From NCBI GenBank assembly GCA_963749155.1, contig CAVVLO010000005.1, forward strand, positions 192,001 through 256,000: DNA of 64,000 bases, written 5' to 3'. The notes under the pieces were generated by a model. That model was not told the DNA's origin and did no database searches. It saw only the letters and a list, made by a program, of their open reading frames with translations. Shown here piece after piece: positions 37,905 to 49,154 of the stretch (position 1 is the first letter of the stretch; every line of letters starts with the position of its first letter). A program made the position numbers and the translations under genes. The stretch is from an uncultured Armatimonadia bacterium (lineage in GTDB: Bacteria > Armatimonadota > Zipacnadia > CAVVLO01).

Positions 37905-39236
37905 TTAATTCAATTTCGGGGTCAGCCGCAGCAGCCAAAGCCGGCCCTCGCGGGACACCAGCAGTTCGCGGCCAGTGGGGGAGAGAGCCACCAGCGGGCC
38001 AGAGCCCTTGATATCATCCACATTGCCTGTCGTGGTTAGTCTAATCTGGTCAGTTGAAGTCAACTCGCGCAGATAAAGGTCGCCCTTGTTAAGAGTCAGA
38101 AAGCCCGTCCCATGAGGCAGCCAGGTCGCCCAATCGCCCAGATCCCAATAAGAAGTCGGATTGTCTGGGTCCTCCAAATCTACGACGACCGCCATCGCCT
38201 GGGAGCGGGCGGCTTCGATACAGGTCAGCCCAATATGGGTCTCATCGAGCCAGCGCAAGGCGTAAGGCGCTTTCATCCCAGGCAGGATGGCCAGCACCTT
38301 GAAATCGGGCTGTCCCTCGGTGAAGGTGAGCAAAGCCAGCTCCAGCTTCGGCTGCGAGCCAGTCAGTGGCGAGCGCAGCAGCGCCAGCCGGCGGCCCTCG
38401 GGAGAGGGCGCCAGCGCCAGGTACCGGCGCGTTGCGGCATCTTCCAGTGGGTAGACAGTGTCATCGGCGGCTCTTGCCACCCAATGCAACCGCAAGGCGT
38501 CTGGCCCTTCGGTGTTGCGCTCCAGGCACGCAACCAGCTCCTCCATCAGGAAGACAGGCGCTGTGAGCCCAGGTTGCTCGAGGCTCTCGAGTTCCAGCCC
38601 AGACTGCGACAACACGAGTACAGACGAAGTACTGGCTTTGGGAAGGTCCTGATAGCGTTCGACTGCAAGCTGGAGCCCTTCGGGTGAAAGTGCAAGCCGC
38701 TGGATCATCAGGGAAGGCAGGGCTTCCTTTGATATTCTGGCCGCGGCCGTAATCTGAGCTTCTGTAAGTGCAAAAGTGGTCAGTTCTTCCACTTGTCCCG
38801 AGGCCAACTCGAAGCCATATAGCAGGCTATACAAATTGCGCGCGGGTTCTTTCTCGTCCTTAAGCCCCACAAACCAGGCGTAATCTCCCCTGGGAGAGAA
38901 CACTGGTGGCTCGGTTAGCTGGCCTTTCCAGCTTTCGGGTGGGAGCTTATAGGCTGAGCTCAGCGCAAGTGAGGTAGCGGGGAAGGCCAGTGATTCCTCA
39001 GGCACATAACCGGTGTTAGTCCCAAGCTGCACCAGGCACCAGCCCTGGGCCAGACTTAATACTTCGACTTCCTCACCTGTGGGCACGGCGAGCCGCACTG
39101 GGCAGGCAAGCGAAGGCTCAGCCAGCAATTGGGGACTGGTACCAAGCAGCTTCGCCTTTACGCTGGCGAAAACAGCCAGGGGAGAAAGCAAAAGTACGCC
39201 AAGTGCAAGGGCCAGGCTAATCTTGCGACAGGTCAT
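37905..39236 (-). CDS. Secreted SH3-domain protein with TolB/PD40-like beta-propeller
   Basis: Signal peptide from ATG 39236; GEEVEVLSLAQGWCLV..GYVPE (bacterial SH3); FSPRGD, LSPEG, PSPEGRRLA, LSPTGRELL repeats. Confidence 0.72.
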   Translation of the reverse strand: MTCRKISLALALGVLLLSPLAVFASVKAKLLGTSPQLLAEPSLACPVRLAVPTGEEVEVLSLAQGWCLVQLGTNTGYVPEESLAFPATSLALSSAYKLPPESWKGQLTEPPVFSPRGDYAWFVGLKDEKEPARNLYSLLYGFELASGQVEELTTFALTEAQITAAARISKEALPSLMIQRLALSPEGLQLAVERYQDLPKASTSSVLVLSQSGLELESLEQPGLTAPVFLMEELVACLERNTEGPDALRLHWVARAADDTVYPLEDAATRRYLALAPSPEGRRLALLRSPLTGSQPKLELALLTFTEGQPDFKVLAILPGMKAPYALRWLDETHIGLTCIEAARSQAMAVVVDLEDPDNPTSYWDLGDWATWLPHGTGFLTLNKGDLYLRELTSTDQIRLTTTGNVDDIKGSGPLVALSPTGRELLVSREGRLWLLRLTPKLN

Positions 39237-39798
39237 CTTCAAGGAAATCCAGTCCTTTTGAAAAAGGCAGCAGATACTCGCGCCATTCTGGTTTATGGAG
39301 AGCTGCAACGAACTTCGAGAGGCTAATATAGGGCACAAAACGAGGCCTGACTGGTTGGCGCAGCAGTTTCATATTGACTTCTTCAAGCCGATGCTGGCCT
39401 TTACGGCCATTGCAGCGCTGGCAGCAGGCGACGAGATTGTCCCAGGTGGTCTGTCCCCCGCGCGTTCTCGGAATAACGTGATCGAGGGTAAGCGCGCGAT
39501 CTTTGCGCCCACAATACTGGCACTGATAGTTGTCGCGCGCCATTATGGCCTTGCGCGAGAGGCTGAGCTGGGGCACCGGGCGATGCACATAGCTGTGCAA
39601 TTTGACCACGGTCGGGGCGCGGACCGCCTCAAACTCCGAGTGGAAAGTGAGCGAGTCTAGCCTTATCGCCGCTGCTTTGTCCATCAGAAGCAGCACGACG
39701 GCCCGCCTCATCGAGGTCACGTTAAGAGGCTCGTAATTGGCGTTCAGGACTAGCACCTGGCCGCCCTCGAGCCCTGCCAGGGCACTCTCGGTAGGCAA
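39217..39798 (-). CDS. HNH endonuclease (McrA/COG1403-like, widespread stand-alone type)
   Basis: VLVLNANYEPL, RDNYQCQYCG, TLDHVIPRTRGG, WDNLVACCQRCNGRKG. Confidence 0.92.
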   Translation of the reverse strand: MPTESALAGLEGGQVLVLNANYEPLNVTSMRRAVVLLLMDKAAAIRLDSLTFHSEFEAVRAPTVVKLHSYVHRPVPQLSLSRKAIMARDNYQCQYCGRKDRALTLDHVIPRTRGGQTTWDNLVACCQRCNGRKGQHRLEEVNMKLLRQPVRPRFVPYISLSKFVAALHKPEWREYLLPFSKGLDFLEDDLSQD

Positions 39799-39889
39799 TC
39801 CAAATCCTCGCTTGGTCCTCTGCCAGGTGGTTCGCCGTTATTGTAGGAGAGGATTGGCCGTCGGTCAACCAACGGCCCTTGCTCAGGAC

Positions 39890-40477
39890 TCAGGTATATT
39901 CCTCAATCAGCATCTGACTGCGCGCATCCAGCCTGGAATAATCGTCCACCAGATAGCGCATCCCTTCGATATCGGTGAAAAGCAGCCGGTCGGGCGGCAG
40001 CTTGCGGATGTCACTGCGATCTCTGACCACGAGCGTGCGTTCGCCCCGGTCGGTAGTCATCTTCCAGGTTGTGATACCGAAAGTAGAGCGCACACTCAGC
40101 ACCTTAATAATGCGCACCTCATAATAAGCAGTGCCGAAATAGTGCGCTAGCGCCGCCTGAGAGGCATTGTCCAGCAAGGTAGAGTCGGGGATCATACCGA
40201 TCTCTTTGCCCTCTTTGTTGAGGACTGCTACATATTGATTTGGCGCTGTAAGCGGGAAGCCTTGTTTGATGCTTATATCGGCGTGTTCTTCCTCGCCCAG
40301 CAGCAGCTTCAGATGGGCGCCATCCACCAACTCGAGCCTGACTTGCTCCGGCTCCAGGATAACCAGTTCGTGACGCTTGGCAAGCTCAAGGCGCCTGGCC
40401 TGTTCGCGTTCTTCAGCCGTCTCGGTGACCTCTTCGGGCTGTTGCTCAAGGCCCGGCTCGATTTCTTGTTCGGCCAT
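39890..40477 (-). CDS. DUF1854 domain protein
   Basis: FPLTAPNQYVAV..GKEIGMI, W..TTDRGER, LLFTDIEGMRY...LDARS; 1 nt after the ABC gene stop. Confidence 0.8.
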   Translation of the reverse strand: MAEQEIEPGLEQQPEEVTETAEEREQARRLELAKRHELVILEPEQVRLELVDGAHLKLLLGEEEHADISIKQGFPLTAPNQYVAVLNKEGKEIGMIPDSTLLDNASQAALAHYFGTAYYEVRIIKVLSVRSTFGITTWKMTTDRGERTLVVRDRSDIRKLPPDRLLFTDIEGMRYLVDDYSRLDARSQMLIEEYT

Positions 40478-40478
40478 A

Positions 40479-42771
40479 CTAACCACCCACTGCCACGATG
40501 CTTGAAAGGTTGGACTGGATCTCCACCAGGCGCTTGAAGGTGCCCTCTTCTTTGGCCAGAAGCTCGGCATGCGAGCCAATCTCGGCCAGCTTGCCCTCTT
40601 CGAGGACTATCAACCTGTTGGCGCTTCTCAGCGTAGACAGGCGATGCGCTATGGCGAAAGTCGTGCGGTTCTTGATGAGGCGCTCGATGGCTTCCCGGAT
40701 CAGCTCTTCGGTTTCGCTGTCCACCGAAGAAGTCGCCTCGTCGAGGATAAGGATCTTGGGATCCATCAGCACGGCACGGGCAATGGAGATACGCTGGCGC
40801 TCGCCACCCGATACGCGGCTGCCTCGCTCGCCCACCATGGTGTCATAGCCTTCGGGCAGCCTCATCACAAAGTCGTGCGCGTTGGCGGCCTTGGCGGCGC
40901 GGATTATCTCTTCCCGGCTTGCGCCAGGTCTGCCATAGGCGATGTTGTCCGAAACTGTCGCGTGGAAGAGCAGCGGCTCCTGGGGCACGATGGCTATCTG
41001 GCTGCGCAGGCAGTCAAGGCCGATATCTCGCGTGTCCGCACCATCCACCAGGATACTGCCTTCCTGCACATCGTAGAAGCGCGTCAGCAGCGACATGGTG
41101 GTGCTCTTGCCCGCGCCACTTGGCCCGACCAGGCCGATCATCTCGCCAGCTTTCACATCGAAGCTGACTCCTCTGAGGACCGGGACGCTCGGGTCATAGC
41201 CGAAGGTCACATTATCAAAGGTGACGGCGCCCTTGATTTCGAATACCTGGGCATCGGGCTTGTCCATTATGTCAGGTTCAGTGTCCAGCACTTCAAAGAT
41301 ACGCTGAGCCGCGGTGAAAGCGCGCTGCAGCCGGTGGGACAGGAAACTGAGCTGATGCAGTGGCATATAGAACATCCACAGCATCCCGGTGAAGGCCCAC
41401 AAGGTGCCAAGGGTCATCTCGTTCTGGTTCATCACGACCATATAACCGCCAACGCCCAGGACGACCAACTCACCTAGAGCCGTGCTGCTGTCTATGGCGG
41501 GGAAGAACATATTGAAGAGCCGAGATACATAGATACCCGCCTGCATCAGGGGCTTGCTGCGGCTCTCGAACCGCTCCGCCTCGCGGCGCTCCTGCACGAA
41601 GGCCTTCACGACTTTTACACCTGGGATGACATCGCCCAGCAGCGAATAGACGGCGCTCCGCCGGCCCCACCAGCGCACAAAAGCGGGCCTGATGCGCCTC
41701 ATGAAGAGCCAGGCGCCCAGGATTACTATTGGCGCCGGGCAGCAAGCTCAGCACTGCCAGCATCCAGTTTTTAGTGAGCAGGATGACCGGCACCAGCACC
41801 AGCTTGATACTGTTGCTGAGGAGGTCAGGCAGCTGCCAGGTCACGAAATCCTGCAGGTTGGGCGCATCGTTGGTGATGCGGTCCATTACCCACCCGGTCT
41901 GTTTGCGGTCGTAGAAGGAGAGCGACAGGCGCTGGGTATGCTCGTACAGGCGCTTGCGCAGGTCGTAGGTGATGTGTTCGCCAAGCCAGTCCATCAGATA
42001 ACCGCGCAGGCCGCCAAAGGCAAGCGCTACCAGCCTGAAGCCAAGCAGAAGCAGGATATACCACTTCAGCAAATCGACATGTTCCAGCCGGGTAGCATCT
42101 GTCGCATCAGGCAAAACCGTAATAGCCTGGTCTACCATCTGCCCCTGGATCAGGGGTTGAGCGAGCTGGATACCTTCGAGCAGCGCCATTATGAGCAAGC
42201 CCGCGGCGATGACCAGCCAATAGGGCTTGCCCAGTCCAAGGAGCCGTTTGAGCAATTGGGCGTGGTTGATACAGTTGAGGCAACTGCCTATCCACTGGAT
42301 GATAGGCTGGCCACATTTCTCACAGATGTCCGGCGGCTTGTGAACAGGGGGCAGGCGAAACTGATCGGTGTCCTCACCGCGTAGTTCCTTTATATGGCGG
42401 TTGATGGATACCAGTTCGCGTGAAAACCCGAGCGCCTTGCGAGGAGGCAGCCTCAGAAGCTGTTCTTTATGGCCGTCCTGCCTGGCTTCGAGTATGGTAT
42501 TGCCGAAATAATCGAGTCGATCGAGTTGCTCAATCTCGCCAAGTGCCTGGTGCCGGGTGACGGTCAGGTCTTTTACTGTGGCGCCTTCGAGCACGACCAG
42601 TTGGTCAGGCGTCACGATAAGCCACGCAGCGCCAAACTGACCATCGAGTTTAAGTTCGGAATCTAGTGCGGCAAGAAGCCCTTCAGTTGAGAATCCAGCT
42701 TGCTCCAGAGTCTCACGAACGGCAGCCGGCAGATTATCCTGCGCGACGACCGGTTTATCTACTGATGCCAT
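40479..42771 (-). CDS. ABC exporter (TMD+NBD) with N-terminal extension; +1 frameshift near 41738
   Basis: GPSGAGKST, VSGGERQR, ILDEATS, IAHRLST; TMD continues across the two frames (LLP|APIVILGAWLF). Confidence 0.9.
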
Positions 42772-42989
42772 AAGCAACCACCGGCGCAACTTTATCTGTT
42801 TCGATAATCTAGTACAAGGGTAATTATTGGGAGGTTATTCCAGAATAAGGCGTACTCTACTCTAAGGTTCAGCTAGAAGTTGGAAAAGCAGTAGAAGTGC
42901 TGTTAAACTAGGCGGGTGTTAGCTTGCCGACATTTTAAGGTATTACATAGTTATATATTCGTTATATTTTGTGACAGGGAGAGGCCACA

Positions 42990-44543
42990 ATGAAGCTCTA
43001 CAGTCCCGACGCCTGTAGGGAAGCTGACAGGCGCGCCATCGAAGAGTTTGCTGTCCCAAGTCGTCTGCTTATGGAAGTCGCCGGTCGAGCCGCTGCCGAT
43101 GTTGCCGAAGAGGTGGCGCTTGGCCCCAGCGCTGTTGTACTCTCGGGAGCTGGCAACAACGGGGGAGACGGCTTTGTCTGCGCCCGGCATCTTGCCAGTC
43201 GTGGTCTCGATGTTGTCGTGCTGGTTTTCGCCGATCGCTCTCGTTTCAGTGAAGATACCGCTGCCAATTTTGCCCTGCTCGAGCGTTGGGGCATACCTGC
43301 CCAGTTTGTTTCGGACGAATCTGATTTGCTTGAACTCAGTTCCAATTTCGGCCATTACGGTGTGATGGTGGACGCCTTGCTTGGCACAGGTTTCCACGGA
43401 GAGCCCAAAGGCCTTATCGCTCTGGCAATTGCCCTGACCCAGATGACTGCCGCTCCCGTGCTCAGCCTCGATGTCCCAAGTGGCGTTGATGCGGCAACTG
43501 GCGTCGTCCCCGGGATTGCCGTCCAGGCAGATATCACTGTCACCTTTGGCCTGCCGAAAGTGGGGCTTTTTTTGCATCCGGGCTTGCAATATGTGGGCGA
43601 ATTGCGTCAGGCCTGTATAGGGCTACCCCCCGAAGTCAAAGCAGGGGCGCGCGCGGAAGCCGATCTTGTTACACGCGAGGTTGCCGCCTCAATCCTGGAG
43701 GAAGTGCTGGAGTGCCGTCGTCCCGACGCTCATAAGGGGAGCCTGGGCACCTTGCTGGTAGTGGCTGGCTCGCGCGGGATGAGCGGGGCTGCTATCCTCG
43801 CCGCCAGGGCCGCTCTCCATCTGGGCGCTGGCCTGGTTAAGGTCGCGGTGCCTGAAAGTATCTGGCAGCTAGTGGATTCCAAAGTGGTCGAAGCGATCAC
43901 TGTGCCACTGCCCGAAACTGAAGCCGGCACCCTGGCACTGGCCTCAGAGGCTCGCCTGCTCGAGGAATTGCGCGCTGCCAATGCCGTTGCGATTGGCCCT
44001 GGCCTTGGCAGGCATCCTGAGACCCAGCAACTGGTGCGCAGCTTGCTTCCCCAACTGGAGATACCTCTTGTGCTGGATGCCGATGGCCTGAACGCTCTGG
44101 AGGGGGCCGCCTTCCTGAAATCTGTTTCTGCGCCGATGGTCCTTACTCCCCATCCGGGCGAACTCGCCAGCCTTATGGAGATCGCCACTGTGGATGTGCT
44201 TAAGGACAGGCTGACCGCTGCCAGGCAAGCCGCCGCTGCCTCTGGCGCCACGGTGGTGCTGAAGGGGGCCTCAACCCTCATCGCCGAGCCGATGGGCGCC
44301 CTTTCCATCAATCCAACCGGTAATGAAGGGATGGCTACTGGAGGGAGCGGAGACGTGCTGACCGGCCTGATAGGCAGTCTGCTGGCTCAAAAACACTCTC
44401 CAGTCCGTTCTGCGCGCCTGGCTGTCTATCTGCATGGGCTGGCTGGCGACCTGGCTGCCCCGCTTGTTACTCGCCCTGCCCTGCTGCCCTCCGACCTGGT
44501 GATGTGGGTGGCTGATGCGGTGAAGGCGTTGCAACAGAGCTAG
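42990..44543 (+). CDS. nnr: Bifunctional NAD(P)H-hydrate epimerase/dehydratase
   Basis: GAGNNGGDG, DALLGTG, DVPSG, HKG..G, GPGLG, VLDADGL, LTPHPGE, ATGGSGDVLTG. Confidence 0.95.
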   Translation: MKLYSPDACREADRRAIEEFAVPSRLLMEVAGRAAADVAEEVALGPSAVVLSGAGNNGGDGFVCARHLASRGLDVVVLVFADRSRFSEDTAANFALLERWGIPAQFVSDESDLLELSSNFGHYGVMVDALLGTGFHGEPKGLIALAIALTQMTAAPVLSLDVPSGVDAATGVVPGIAVQADITVTFGLPKVGLFLHPGLQYVGELRQACIGLPPEVKAGARAEADLVTREVAASILEEVLECRRPDAHKGSLGTLLVVAGSRGMSGAAILAARAALHLGAGLVKVAVPESIWQLVDSKVVEAITVPLPETEAGTLALASEARLLEELRAANAVAIGPGLGRHPETQQLVRSLLPQLEIPLVLDADGLNALEGAAFLKSVSAPMVLTPHPGELASLMEIATVDVLKDRLTAARQAAAASGATVVLKGASTLIAEPMGALSINPTGNEGMATGGSGDVLTGLIGSLLAQKHSPVRSARLAVYLHGLAGDLAAPLVTRPALLPSDLVMWVADAVKALQQS

Positions 44544-44573
44544 GCTGCCAAGCTAGTTTAATTTGCACAAAAA

Positions 44574-44605
44574 GAGAGGAGGGACCCTACTGGGTCCCTC
44601 CTCTC
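44574..44605. terminator. Intrinsic terminator between convergent nnr and csp
   Basis: GAGAGGAGGGACCC-TACT-GGGTCCCTCCTCTC 14-bp stem; T run on the minus strand. Confidence 0.85.
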
Positions 44606-44629
44606 CTCGCAGGTTGGGCTTTGCAAGAC

Positions 44630-44830
44630 TTACGGTTTCGTGACGTGAGCAGCCTTGGGGCCGCGCGAGTCCTCTACTATTTCGAACTCGACTTCGTCAC
44701 CCTCCTCAAGCGTCTTGAAGCCATCCATCTCGATTGCGGAGTAGTGAACGAAGACGTCCTTGTTGTCTTCACCAGTTAGGAACCCGTAACCCTTCTCCGC
44801 GCTGAACCACTTGACTTTGCCTCTGGCCAT
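44630..44830 (-). CDS. Cold-shock protein
   Basis: [31 protein letters not shown] 44830 after GGGGAG. Confidence 0.96.
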   Translation of the reverse strand: MARGKVKWFSAEKGYGFLTGEDNKDVFVHYSAIEMDGFKTLEEGDEVEFEIVEDSRGPKAAHVTKP

Positions 44831-44897
44831 GCCTTCTCCCCCTTGGATCTCCTGAGCAATGCATCGTTCGACAATTTGCCGCGCGATGCACAAGTCC

Positions 44898-44925
44898 ATT
44901 CTAACACGCCTTTCTATTTGGTCAA
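44898..44925 (-). promoter_or_regulatory. Putative sigma70 promoter for the cold-shock gene
   Basis: Minus strand TTGACC-16 nt-TAGAAT with extended TG. Confidence 0.65.
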
Positions 44926-45144
44926 CTGGGTTTTTGCCGTCTTTTTCCATCAAAATGTTTGAATTACACACGAAAGGGCCTCCGGTCGGTTGCCTCGTGC
45001 GAGCAGGAAACAAACTGCATGAGCTTGAATAAGACAGTCGCGATTTGTCATAAACCTAATAACCACGGGCTTTGCGGCCTCCTGACTGGTTGCTGGCAAG
45101 TGCCTGGGACAAACTTTGCATCTGGAAAGGGGAGCGCGATTAAC

Positions 45145-47128
45145 TTGCCTTCAAGATTTGACCTTCATGCGCTAAATTGGCGTTTGGCAGGATTTACACC
45201 CAATTTTTGGCTTGCGGTCCTCAGCGAGCCCTGGCTTACCGACAGTTATATCGCCGAAGTCGCCAGTATCCCCGCCCGGGTGCCGGGTTCAGTCCAGCAA
45301 GCTCTGCTTGCCGCTGGTCGTATCTCGGACTGGAATAAAGGCCTTGCGGCCCTGGACTGTGAATGGGTAGAACATCGCCACTGGGTCTACGAAGCCGAAT
45401 TGCCGGCCGAGTGGCTTGCCGCTGGCGGACAGGTGAAGCTGACCTGCCTCGGTCTTGACTACTCGGGCTGGCTTTATGTCGATGCCACCCTCATTGGAGA
45501 ATTCCGCGGAGGCCACGCGCCCTGCGTTTTCGACTTGACCGCTCATCTGAAGCCTGGTTCCAAGCTCCGACTGATTTTCGCGATGCCCCCGCAATGGCTT
45601 GGATACACGGGATTCACTTCCAGATTCACCGACTGGAAGGCCCGCTTCAGTTATAGCTGGGACTGGATGGTCCGCCTCGTCCCGGTCGGCATCTGGGACG
45701 ATCTCCTGCTGGAAATCAGTGAGGGCTCAGGGCTGGAATCACTCAATTGCCACGCCAGTGTTGAGCCCGCCGGCACCGGAGCCCTTTGCCTCACCGGCCA
45801 ACTGGCTGCCGAGGAGGGCGCAACTGTCACGGTTACACTGTCCGGAGAAGCCGGCCAGGTGCGTTCGGAGACTCTCCCCGCCGACCAGTTTGCAGCCTCG
45901 GGACTCGACTGGCCTGACCTTGAGGTCGAACTGTGGTGGCCAAACGGGCAAGGCGAGCAACCGCTCTACACGGCGGAAGTGGTTCTCTGCGACGCGGCTG
46001 GCCGAAAACAGGATCGACTTTCGCACCGAGTGGGCTTCCGCAGTTTTGACTGGGCATCCTGCGAGGGCGCGCCTGAGGGGGCCACTGATTGGCTCTGTGT
46101 CGTAAATGGTTGCCCTGTATTTTTGCAGGGCATCAACTGGACGCCCATCAGGCCAAACTTTCACGATCTGACCGAGGGCGACTACCGCCATATCCTTACT
46201 CTGTACCGCGATATGGGGGTGAATTGCCTGCGCGTATGGGGAGGAGGCATCCTTGAAAAGACCGCTTTCTATGACCTGTGTGATGAGTTGGGGCTGATGG
46301 TCTGGCAAGAGTTCCCCCTTTCCTCCTCGACTTTTGAGAACTGGCCGCCTGAAGCGCCTGAGGCTATCGCCGAGCTAGCCGCCCTTGCGGAGTCCTGGGT
46401 AAACCGGCGTCGCCACCACGCTTGCCTGCTGCTTTGGTGCGGGGGCAATGAACTCAGCCGCATCGACGACAGCAGTGGCACAAGAAAGCGTTATGCGCCC
46501 GACCTGAGTCATCCACTGATCGCCGCGCTGGCAGAAGTCGTGGCGACGGCTGGACCCTGGCAGGCGCTTTATGCCAACCTCGCCCTATGGCCCAGAGTTC
46601 TACGATGATCCGGCGTATTTCGATGCCTGGCCCCACTGGGACGTCCACGGCCCCTGGCGGCCGGACAAGGGACTGGCAGCGTGGGAAGAGTTCTGGGAAG
46701 CCGACGATTCGCTGCTGCGCTCGGAGGTCGGCTGCCCTGGCGCCTCTCCACTTGCACTGGTAGAGGAATACTGCGCGCCTGACGCTTTCGTGAAGCCGGG
46801 TGGAGAAGCCCCTGCCTTCCGCCGCCAGTTCGATTCCTGGTGGTGGATGGAATGGGCTACTTTCGAGCAGGAGAAGGGTCGCGCGCCTGTGGACAAGGCC
46901 GAGTTCATCGCCTGGAGCCAGGCGCGTCAGGCTGAGGCTCTCTCGGTGGCCGCTCGCACCTGCAAGAAGCGCTTCCCGCGCTGTGGGGGCATCATCTTGT
47001 GGATGGGTCATGACTGTTTCCCCTGTTCGTCCAACACTTCGATAATTGATTTTCTCGGGAATCCAAAACCTGCTGTGGCCGCGCTTGCCAAAGTATTCCG
47101 AGAGGGGACGACACTTGAAAACAAGTAG
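45145..47128 (+). CDS. GH2 beta-mannosidase-like glycosidase; +1 frameshift near 46546
   Basis: VPGSV, YSWDW, LWWPNGQGEQPLY, RVWGGG, CDELGLMVWQEF, WCGGNE; continues as LDPGRRFMPTSP...SEVG in the next frame; start uncertain. Confidence 0.85.
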
Positions 47129-49107
47129 ACTGCTAGTGGCGCTGGTGCTGGGCTTGCTGGGCAGCCTGATGGTCCTTGGGCAGGGGCAGGATACTGCTTC
47201 GACAGTGCTGCAGACGGGATCGCTTCAGGCCTCACTTGGCCCCGAAGATGGGCGTATCCGGTTGGCCACTCCAGGAGGCGAGGTTGTGCTCGAAGCCTCC
47301 TTCCTCCAGGCGGAAGGTTGGGCTGCGCCAGAGCCTGCCCTCGAGGGGCTCAAGCAGCAAGCCGCTCCTGAAGGAGAAAGACTTGTCGCGACCTTCCCCC
47401 TTGCCGGCGAAAGGGAAGTCGAGGTGCGTTTGCTTGCGCTTAGAGAGCTTCCAGTGGTCGTCGTAACCTCACGCTTGACCCACCTCGGCGACCTGGCCGG
47501 CGATTACTATTTCTGGCAGAGCAACTACGGTCTGTCACGCTACGTTGCACTTGAGGCCGATGGCCTTCGGGAGACTGTCATCCAGGACGCAGAGTGGCAC
47601 ACTCTGCCCTGCAGGCAGTGGTATTTCCTTCCCAGTGCGACCGGCCAGGGAGGTCTGGTGCTGCTGCCGACCAATGACTTCGGGCGGTCAGGCGGAGAGC
47701 CGGGCAGCTTCTACCTGCACGCCTTGCCGCGTTCTGCCCTGGTAGAACCGGGCCAGGTCCAGCAGGCAAGTTTCGCCCTCGGGTGGGCAAGCGATGTGGA
47801 AGAGGCTCAGCGCCTTGCAGAAGCTGTGCTTGCCCTGCACCTGCCTGAACTCGAACCGCTCGGTCCTGAGGCTGGTCTGCCCGAGCCTGTGGATTGGGGC
47901 AAGCCCGCGCCCGACTGGCTGAAAGAAATTGAGACCACGGCCTTCTTCTATCATCCTGCCGAGGACTGGACGCCCGAGCGAGTCGAAAGCCAGCTTTCAG
48001 GTTTCCCTTTGATTATTGGCAGCACGCCGGATGCGGTAGCACTTGCGCGCGTGCACGAAGGGGGTGGCAAGCTGCTGCATTATGTGACCTATACCTGCCT
48101 GCTCGATACCGACTTGCAGAAGGCGGGCGGCCGGGAAGTCTACAGCGAGTGGTTCCAGTCGCTGTATAATGAAGAGCGCGACCTCAAAGCCCATCCTGAC
48201 TGGCGCTGTATCGATGCCGAGGGCAAGGTCCAACACGATGCCTGGGGCCTCAGTTTCAACCATCCTGGCCTGCTCAACACCTGTTGTTTCCAGCCTGGAC
48301 TGGTCGAGGCGGCCTTGCACCAGACAGAAGGGCTGCTAGGATTAGGCTTCGATGGGGTCTTCATCGACCTGGCAGGGGCCACGGTGGGATGTCACGGCCC
48401 CGAGTTCGGCGCGCATGAGCATCTCGGCCCCGCCCAGACCAACACCCAGGCCTGGGAAGCCCTCCAGCGGCGTGTTTATGAAGCTGTGAAAGCTGCAAAT
48501 CCCGAGGCTAGCGTCGTTCAGAATCCAGTCACAGGGCTTGTGCCCTCTCACTGGGCCTATACCGATGTCCAACTGCTCGAGGCTTTCCCCTTTGGGGGCG
48601 AATCGACAAAGCTGACCGCCACCTGGCCAGAGCTGCTTTGGTATGGAACGCAAGCCCAGCAGGCCGCCCAGCACGGCAAGCGAGTGATGTGCCTGCCCTA
48701 TTTCGGCGCTTTCAAGGGAGACGACGTCCGCCCTGCCGCAGTGCTGTCCCTTGCCTGGGCGCGGCTCTTCGATGTCATCTGGGCCGATGCCTCGAGCGCC
48801 GGCTGATGAATTCACCCTCGAGGCGGTGCCAGGCCAGCAAGAGTTCTATCGCCGCCTTAATTCGGCGCGACTTGGTAAACCCATATCCGGGCTGGAGGTC
48901 GTTGACGGCTGCCTTATACGCGTTTTTGAGCGCGGCTTCGTGCTGCTCAACCTGATGCCCGAGGCAGTCTCACTTAATCTACCTTCGCTCGGTACGAACC
49001 GGTACGTCAGCCTTACCGACAACACGGAGGTCCTGGCCGAAACAGGCCAGCTCCAGCTTCAGATTGCGCCTGAATCAGCTCTCATCCTGCTGCAGGAAGC
49101 CGGCTAG
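47115..49107 (+). CDS. Secreted putative glycoside hydrolase (TIM-barrel, GFDGVFID); probable +1 frameshift near 48800
   Basis: Signal peptide from TTG 47115; HPDW, GFDGVFID, VVQN motifs; ORF 48751-49107 encodes a typical C-terminal beta domain (RVFERGFVLLN). Confidence 0.6.
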
Positions 49108-49154
49108 CCAGCGCGAACCTGCTTCGGTTAGCTTATTCCGAGGAGGTTCCTTCA

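Noticed and set aside
39217..39798. HNH as part of a restriction, CRISPR or mobile element
   Set aside because: No methyltransferase, cas gene, intron or terminal repeat nearby.
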